Of a stretch of DNA of 64,000 nucleotides, positions 59,133 to 64,000 are shown one piece after another. Source of the DNA: Chloroflexota bacterium (GTDB lineage Bacteria > Chloroflexota > UBA5177); assembly GCA_036752825.1 (NCBI GenBank), contig DAIORV010000003.1, positions 3,674-67,673 on the forward strand, written 5' to 3'. Made by a program: the position numbers and the translations under genes. Each line of letters starts with the position of its first letter. Positions within the stretch are counted from its first letter, which is position 1. The notes under the pieces are model-generated. The model was given only the letters and a program-made list of their open reading frames with translations, was not told the origin of the DNA and did no database searches.

Positions 59133-60058
59133 CTCTCCCCGGAACCTGTGGGCAACGCCTCACCGGCTCCGATCCCGACCGGGCTCTGCGCCGGCGGCCA
59201 CATCGGGCGAAACATATACCACTGATCGGGTCTCGCACGAACTACCGATTGCAGAATGTCTATGAGCCTTTGCATGATCGCTTGAAGGTCCTTGTCCTTC
59301 TCTCCGGTTGCAGTCCATGTCACGGGCGGATAGATCACGCTTTCAAACGAGCGATCGGGCTGGCGGTACATGAACACCGGAAGTAAGGCTGCCCCCGTTT
59401 TCATGGCGAGGAGTGCTGGACCGGCCGGCACCGCGGTCTCACGGCCGAAGAAGCGAACGGGAACGCCTTTGTCTCGTTGGACGGGACGGTCGAACAGCAT
59501 GGTCAACGTGCCACCTGAACGGAGCACCCGGAACATCTCACGGACGTTGCTTACGCCGACCAGATTGATACCTTTCTCGCGTCGCTTCCGCTGGATCAAG
59601 CGGTCGAGATACTCGGGTCGGAAGGTGTCGTATACGGCGTGGAAATCTGTGAAATCCGCGAGTCGCAGCCCACCCACTTCGATCGTCCCGAAATGCGCGC
59701 TGGCCAGAATCACCCCTTTGCCTTCGTCCAGTGCATCCTGCAGATTTTCAAGCCCCGTGATCTTCATGGAGGCCACGGTCTTGTGCTCCGAGTCGAGGTT
59801 GGGAAGATCGAGAAATTCCACCAGGTACTTACAGTAATTGCGTATCGACTTCAGCGCGAAATGTCTGACGCGCGGATCTCGAGGAGGCAGGTCAAGCACG
59901 GTCGCCGTGTTTGCCAGAAGCACATTTCGCTTGTCCCCCCAAAGTCCCCAGACGAAGAAGACAAGGTCGCCCACGGCGGTACCGATTAGGTAGCGCCACG
60001 GGCGAGGAATGAAACGGGAGAGGAAGGCGCCTACCTGAATGACCAGATACAGCGCCAT
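59129..60058 (-). CDS. PatA/LpxL-family acyltransferase (copy 1)
   Basis: HFGTIE, LFDR, FFGRETAVPAGPA, RPDQWYMFRPMW. Confidence 0.88.
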   Translation of the reverse strand: MALYLVIQVGAFLSRFIPRPWRYLIGTAVGDLVFFVWGLWGDKRNVLLANTATVLDLPPRDPRVRHFALKSIRNYCKYLVEFLDLPNLDSEHKTVASMKITGLENLQDALDEGKGVILASAHFGTIEVGGLRLADFTDFHAVYDTFRPEYLDRLIQRKRREKGINLVGVSNVREMFRVLRSGGTLTMLFDRPVQRDKGVPVRFFGRETAVPAGPALLAMKTGAALLPVFMYRQPDRSFESVIYPPVTWTATGEKDKDLQAIMQRLIDILQSVVRARPDQWYMFRPMWPPAQSPVGIGAGEALPTGSGER

Positions 60059-60066
60059 CGCGGCCC

Positions 60067-61176
60067 CTAACTCACGCTGGGAGCGGGGACGGCGGCGTCG
60101 ACTCGCGCGGTGGCGCTGATGAAAGCCTCGGTCATCTCGCGGGCCTGCTCGTCCTTGTATTGAATGGGTGGGGACTTCATGAAGTAGGACGCCGGTCCTT
60201 CGAGGGCGCCCGAGATGCCGTGGTCTAGCCCCAGCTTGCAGCACCGGACAGCGTCGATTACCACGCCCGCAGAGTTGGGCGAGTCCCACACCTCGAGCTT
60301 CAGCTCGACGTTGAGCGGCACATCGCCAAACGAGCGTCCCTCCATGCGGATATAGGCCCATTTACGATCGCTGAGCCAGGCGACATAGTCGCTGGGACCG
60401 ATGTGAACGTTCTCGGCTCCAATGTCGTAGTCGAGCTGCGACGTGACGGCATTCGTCTTTGAGATCTTCTTCGATTCGAGCCGCTCGCGCTCGAGCATGT
60501 TCAGAAAGTCGGTGTTGCCGCCAACATTGAGCTGACTGGTCCGTTCCACGCGCACGCCGCGATCCTTGAAGAGGTTGGTGAGGACGCGATGGACGATGGT
60601 GGCTCCAACCTGGGACTTGATATCGTCCCCAATGACAGGGAGGCCGGCCTCTTTGAAGCGTCCCTGCCAGTACGGCTCTCGGGCGATGAAGACAGGTATG
60701 CAATTAACGAACGCACATCCGGCTCGCAAGATCTGCTCGACGTACCACTTGGTCGCCTCCTCGCTTCCAACGGGAAGGTAGCTGACCACCACATCTGTTT
60801 TCGTGTCGTTGAGAATTTGAACGACGTTGGCCGTCGGGCCGGGCGCCTTGGTAATGACCTCTGAGAGGTACTTTCCCAAACCATCGTGGGTCATTCCTCG
60901 TTCGACCTTGACCCCCGCAAACGGTGCATCGGCGAAGCGAAAGGTGTTGTTTTGCCCTGAATAAATCGCTTCCGACAGGTCCTTGCCTACCTTCTCCACG
61001 TCGACATCGAAGGCGCAGCTGAACTCGATGTCTCGAATGTGGTAGCCGCCGAGGTTCACATGCATCAGACCCGGGATCTGCTCGTCTTCGGCGGCGTTCT
61101 TGTAGTACTCCACACCCTGGACCAGCGAGGACGCGCAATTGCCGACACCGATGATTCCCACTCTTACTTTCGACAT
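60067..61176 (-). CDS. ino1: myo-inositol-1-phosphate synthase
   Basis: [70 protein letters not shown]. Confidence 0.97.
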   Translation of the reverse strand: MSKVRVGIIGVGNCASSLVQGVEYYKNAAEDEQIPGLMHVNLGGYHIRDIEFSCAFDVDVEKVGKDLSEAIYSGQNNTFRFADAPFAGVKVERGMTHDGLGKYLSEVITKAPGPTANVVQILNDTKTDVVVSYLPVGSEEATKWYVEQILRAGCAFVNCIPVFIAREPYWQGRFKEAGLPVIGDDIKSQVGATIVHRVLTNLFKDRGVRVERTSQLNVGGNTDFLNMLERERLESKKISKTNAVTSQLDYDIGAENVHIGPSDYVAWLSDRKWAYIRMEGRSFGDVPLNVELKLEVWDSPNSAGVVIDAVRCCKLGLDHGISGALEGPASYFMKSPPIQYKDEQAREMTEAFISATARVDAAVPAPSVS

Positions 61177-61192
61177 ACCAAGTCTCCTTTCG

Positions 61193-61525
61193 TCATCTCC
61201 GTGATGCCGGCTCCAACGAACGTGGGGCTTCGGCAGCTTCTTGTTGATCAACCCTCTCTAGACCGAATGTTTCTTCGACGCGAAGGCCGTATCCCTGGAG
61301 AACGCGCCTGTTGAGGGAACACAAAACTTGACGCCCTGTCCGCTGGGTTTTCACGATACCTGACCGCCGAAGGATGCGAAGATGCCAGGATATCAAAGGC
61401 TGGCTGAGTCTGAGCTCGGCGCCCAGCTGGGTGACGCTGACCTGCTCGTGCAATGCCAGGTACAGCGCGATGCGAAACCGCTTGCGGTCGCCCAACGCGC
61501 GAAAATACAGCGACAGGTCCTGCAC
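61193..61525 (-). CDS. ArsR/SmtB-family transcriptional regulator
   Basis: [40 protein letters not shown]. No recognisable metal-binding motif. Confidence 0.9.
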   Translation of the reverse strand: MQDLSLYFRALGDRKRFRIALYLALHEQVSVTQLGAELRLSQPLISWHLRILRRSGIVKTQRTGRQVLCSLNRRVLQGYGLRVEETFGLERVDQQEAAEAPRSLEPASRR

Positions 61526-61623
61526 CTCTCCGCCCCTTCATCCATAAAGCATTATTCAATAAAGCCGCGTTTATATGTTACCGACTCTGCGCGTGGCCGT
61601 CAACTCGACTCGGGGACGGAAAG

Positions 61624-63360
61624 CTAGCTGGCAGCGGCCTCGGTCTCCCGCTCCTCAACCGGCTCGAAGGCGGGCTGATCCCTCCCTAACGTCAGCTGGT
61701 AACGTCGCGAGAAGAAGGGGTTCAGCTCGGTCGCTTCAGTTATCGCCTCGAAGGGAAATGTGGCTGTTTCGGGAGCAATGAAGAACGGAAACATCTGAAC
61801 CCCGCCTAGTCCACCGTGTGCGCCACCGTGATCCTCGAAATTGACGACCAATCTGCCGTCGAAAGCGCCGAAGACCATCATGTCTCCACCGCTCGGCATG
61901 CTGGCCAAACGGATGAGCTGATCGCGCAGGATCGCAGGATCATCGAAGAGCCGAAGGAATTCCACCTCTTCGCTCGAAGCGTCCTCCAGGATCACGTGTG
62001 CGTCGCCGAAGAGAACGTGCGTCTGTTCGCGGTCGCGCATGAGGATGATGCCGATGCCCGGATGCTGAGCAAGAGCTTTCAACAGACCTGGTGCGGCGGA
62101 ATCGATCTCGGCCACTCCCAGCCGATGGCCCGCGTGCATGAAATACACGTTGGCCAGCGCACTCGAGTAGATTGCGAGGACCGGACTGTCCTTGTCTTCG
62201 GCCAGGCCGGCTTGAAGCGGGCCGGTTCCGATCCGCATGGCCAGGCGCATGGCACGATCGACCATGAAGCTCGTGAACCCGCTGGTCTTGGGACCGATCT
62301 CTGCTGACAGCTCCTCCACCTGCTGAAGCGTAGCCAGATCCTTGTACGGCCTCGTGTCCAGCTCACTTGCCGCCGGCGGATTGACCCCGTGACCCGCGAT
62401 GAACTGACCAAGTGTCTGGCCATACAAATGATGGAAGGGAAGGGATTCCGTCATGCCGTGGTCACTCATCACGTACAGGTCGTAAGGGCGCAGGGCAACC
62501 ATGTCTATCGCCTTCTTGACGTCTCGAATCTGCCGATCGAGGGCGCGCAGAGAACGATACGCGGCTGTGCTGCGAGGGCCAAGATGATGTGCCACCTCGT
62601 CGTACCCGATGTAGTTCGCGTAGATTGCCGGAACGCCTCGAAAAATATCGAGCCGGATTCCAAGGGTAGTCAGCTCGCGAAAGAGGACGTGCGTGAAGGC
62701 TCGCGTCAACGGAAAAATACCTTCGGGTGCCACGTATCTGCCTCGGAGGCGGCCAACGGCCTGCTCGTACAGCTCGATGAACACCTCGGCAACCGTGAGT
62801 CCGGCGGCGCGCATCAAGCGCCATGGGTTCAATACCAGGAGCAGAAGTACGTCGATTCCGGTAAGCTTTGGTGGGAAGCTTGTCCTGCCCAGGGCGCTGG
62901 TGGTGAAAGCGGCTCGCTGCGCCCCGCCCGCGGCCATACCCATATACACACTGCCGTGGCGAAACAGGCCCGCTCGTCCCTCGGCGTTGTCGGTCTCGAC
63001 CGCCGCCATGTCGAGCGGCCAGGAACAGATGATCGGCCGGCCCTTTGCTCGGTTGTACCAGTAGAAGCCGGGCACGTCCTTCTTGCTGCCGTACATCAGA
63101 GCGCATTGGATCGCCGCCGTATCGCTCGGTGCTCCAGGCCGCCAGCGATGTAGCTGATGACCGGCGCCGAGTATTTTCTTCAAATGAGGAAGATGACCGG
63201 CGTCCATCGCTCGCGTTAAGTCCTCGTGCGACAACGCGTCGATCTGCAGGATCACGAAGCCTCGGCGGCGCCGCTCGATTTCGCTGTATGGAAGCTGCAA
63301 TCGCCGAAGCGTAAGTCCGGCCTTGAGGGCGCCGACAGTGCGGCGCAGAGAAAAGCGCAA
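61624..63360 (-). CDS. AlkP-superfamily protein (Thr nucleophile, membrane-associated type)
   Basis: TTG after GGAG. Motifs LQIDAL, PSDT, YDEVAHH, MSDHG, HGGLGG, with an internal hydrophobic segment. Confidence 0.8.
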   Translation of the reverse strand: MRFSLRRTVGALKAGLTLRRLQLPYSEIERRRRGFVILQIDALSHEDLTRAMDAGHLPHLKKILGAGHQLHRWRPGAPSDTAAIQCALMYGSKKDVPGFYWYNRAKGRPIICSWPLDMAAVETDNAEGRAGLFRHGSVYMGMAAGGAQRAAFTTSALGRTSFPPKLTGIDVLLLLVLNPWRLMRAAGLTVAEVFIELYEQAVGRLRGRYVAPEGIFPLTRAFTHVLFRELTTLGIRLDIFRGVPAIYANYIGYDEVAHHLGPRSTAAYRSLRALDRQIRDVKKAIDMVALRPYDLYVMSDHGMTESLPFHHLYGQTLGQFIAGHGVNPPAASELDTRPYKDLATLQQVEELSAEIGPKTSGFTSFMVDRAMRLAMRIGTGPLQAGLAEDKDSPVLAIYSSALANVYFMHAGHRLGVAEIDSAAPGLLKALAQHPGIGIILMRDREQTHVLFGDAHVILEDASSEEVEFLRLFDDPAILRDQLIRLASMPSGGDMMVFGAFDGRLVVNFEDHGGAHGGLGGVQMFPFFIAPETATFPFEAITEATELNPFFSRRYQLTLGRDQPAFEPVEERETEAAAS

Positions 63361-63438
63361 GGGTATACTCCGGCGACCAGGCGTCAAAGGCGCCCGATTG
63401 TAGCCAGCCAGGGTATGCCCTACAAAGGCGGGACTGAC

Positions 63439-63930
63439 ATGTTGCCGACACAAAATGAACGGCTCACCCATCTGAATGAGGCTGGGGAGGCTCGGATGGT
63501 CGACGTCACCGAAAAGCACATGACCGTCAGGGAAGCGACGGCCCATGGCCGCGTGGTGATGCAATCAAGGACGCTGGAGCTGATACGGGATCACTCGCTC
63601 GCCAAAGGGGACGTTCTGGCCGTGGCTCGCGTAGCGGGGGTCATGGCTGCGAAGCGGACTTCCGAGCTGATCCCGCTCTGCCACGGCCTGCCCGTCTCGT
63701 TCGTTGAGATCGAGTTCTCGCTCGACGAGAGCACGGCGTCGCTCGAGATCCTGGCGAGAGTGAGAGTCGAGGCAAGAACGGGCGTCGAGATGGAGGCCCT
63801 GACCGCGGTGGCGGTCGCGGGCCTAACCATCTACGACATGTGCAAATCGGTCGATCGTGGCATGAGGATCACGGACGTGCGTCTGACGCTGAAGTCGGGG
63901 GGCAAGAGCGGCTCCTACGAGGCCCTCTAA
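63439..63930 (+). CDS. moaC: Cyclic pyranopterin monophosphate synthase
   Basis: LTHLNEAGEARMVDV, KGDVL, LIPLCH, TGVEMEALT, IYDMCKSVD, KSGGKSG. Confidence 0.97.
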   Translation: MLPTQNERLTHLNEAGEARMVDVTEKHMTVREATAHGRVVMQSRTLELIRDHSLAKGDVLAVARVAGVMAAKRTSELIPLCHGLPVSFVEIEFSLDESTASLEILARVRVEARTGVEMEALTAVAVAGLTIYDMCKSVDRGMRITDVRLTLKSGGKSGSYEAL

Positions 63931-64000
63931 CTCTCCGCGATTCCGTACTCATTCATCTTGGCGTACAGCATCCGACGATAGATGCCCAGCTGCTTCGCGG
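63927..64000 (-). CDS. C-terminal Fis-type HTH of a probable NtrC/sigma54-dependent activator (partial, runs off window)
   Basis: Minus-strand frame reads AKQLGIYRRMLYAKMNEYGIAES*. Confidence 0.7.
   Translation of the reverse strand, partial: AKQLGIYRRMLYAKMNEYGIAES

Noticed and set aside
59129-63564. Long N-terminal extensions of track ORFs (59129..60361, 60067..61251, 61624..63564; likewise 1397..3328 and 55192..56418)
   Set aside because: The extensions overlap neighbouring genes. Downstream starts with RBS and family-typical N-termini were used instead.

Overview
A gene-dense, GC-rich stretch of core bacterial chromosome. I found no integrase, transposase, phage gene, CRISPR array or rRNA. 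A monoderm host, most plausibly Chloroflexota, is inferred from four things: a class F sortase, a TagO/TagA-type envelope glycan locus, actinobacteria-like ino1-pimA-pgsA and dnaK-grpE-dnaJ-hspR-clpB operons, and an AGAAC-N4-GTTCT SOS box. Housekeeping genes include glnA (partial), sat, glpK, gap, fmt, pruA, cysO-cysM-mec, metK, proC, gatCAB, clpB, dnaJ, grpE, dnaK, lon, selD, ino1, moaC, tRNA-His(GTG) and tRNA-Val(CAC). Most interesting signals: (1) ATP sulfurylase is co-transcribed with two cytoplasmic Ser-nucleophile AlkP-superfamily proteins next to a glycan flippase/GT-C locus, with no APS kinase or classical sulfotransferase in the window, so this is a candidate non-canonical glycan sulfation system; (2) an unannotated 76-aa gene has a perfect SOS box over its transcription start; (3) selD is a selenoprotein whose in-frame UGA and SECIS-like hairpin were missed by the ORF track; (4) a PI-mannoside-like lipid operon carries two acyltransferases; (5) an exported AlkP paralog has lost its catalytic residues; (6) one envelope operon appears to need two non-canonical start codons (ATA, CTG). 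All product calls come from motif recognition by eye, and no database searches were run.
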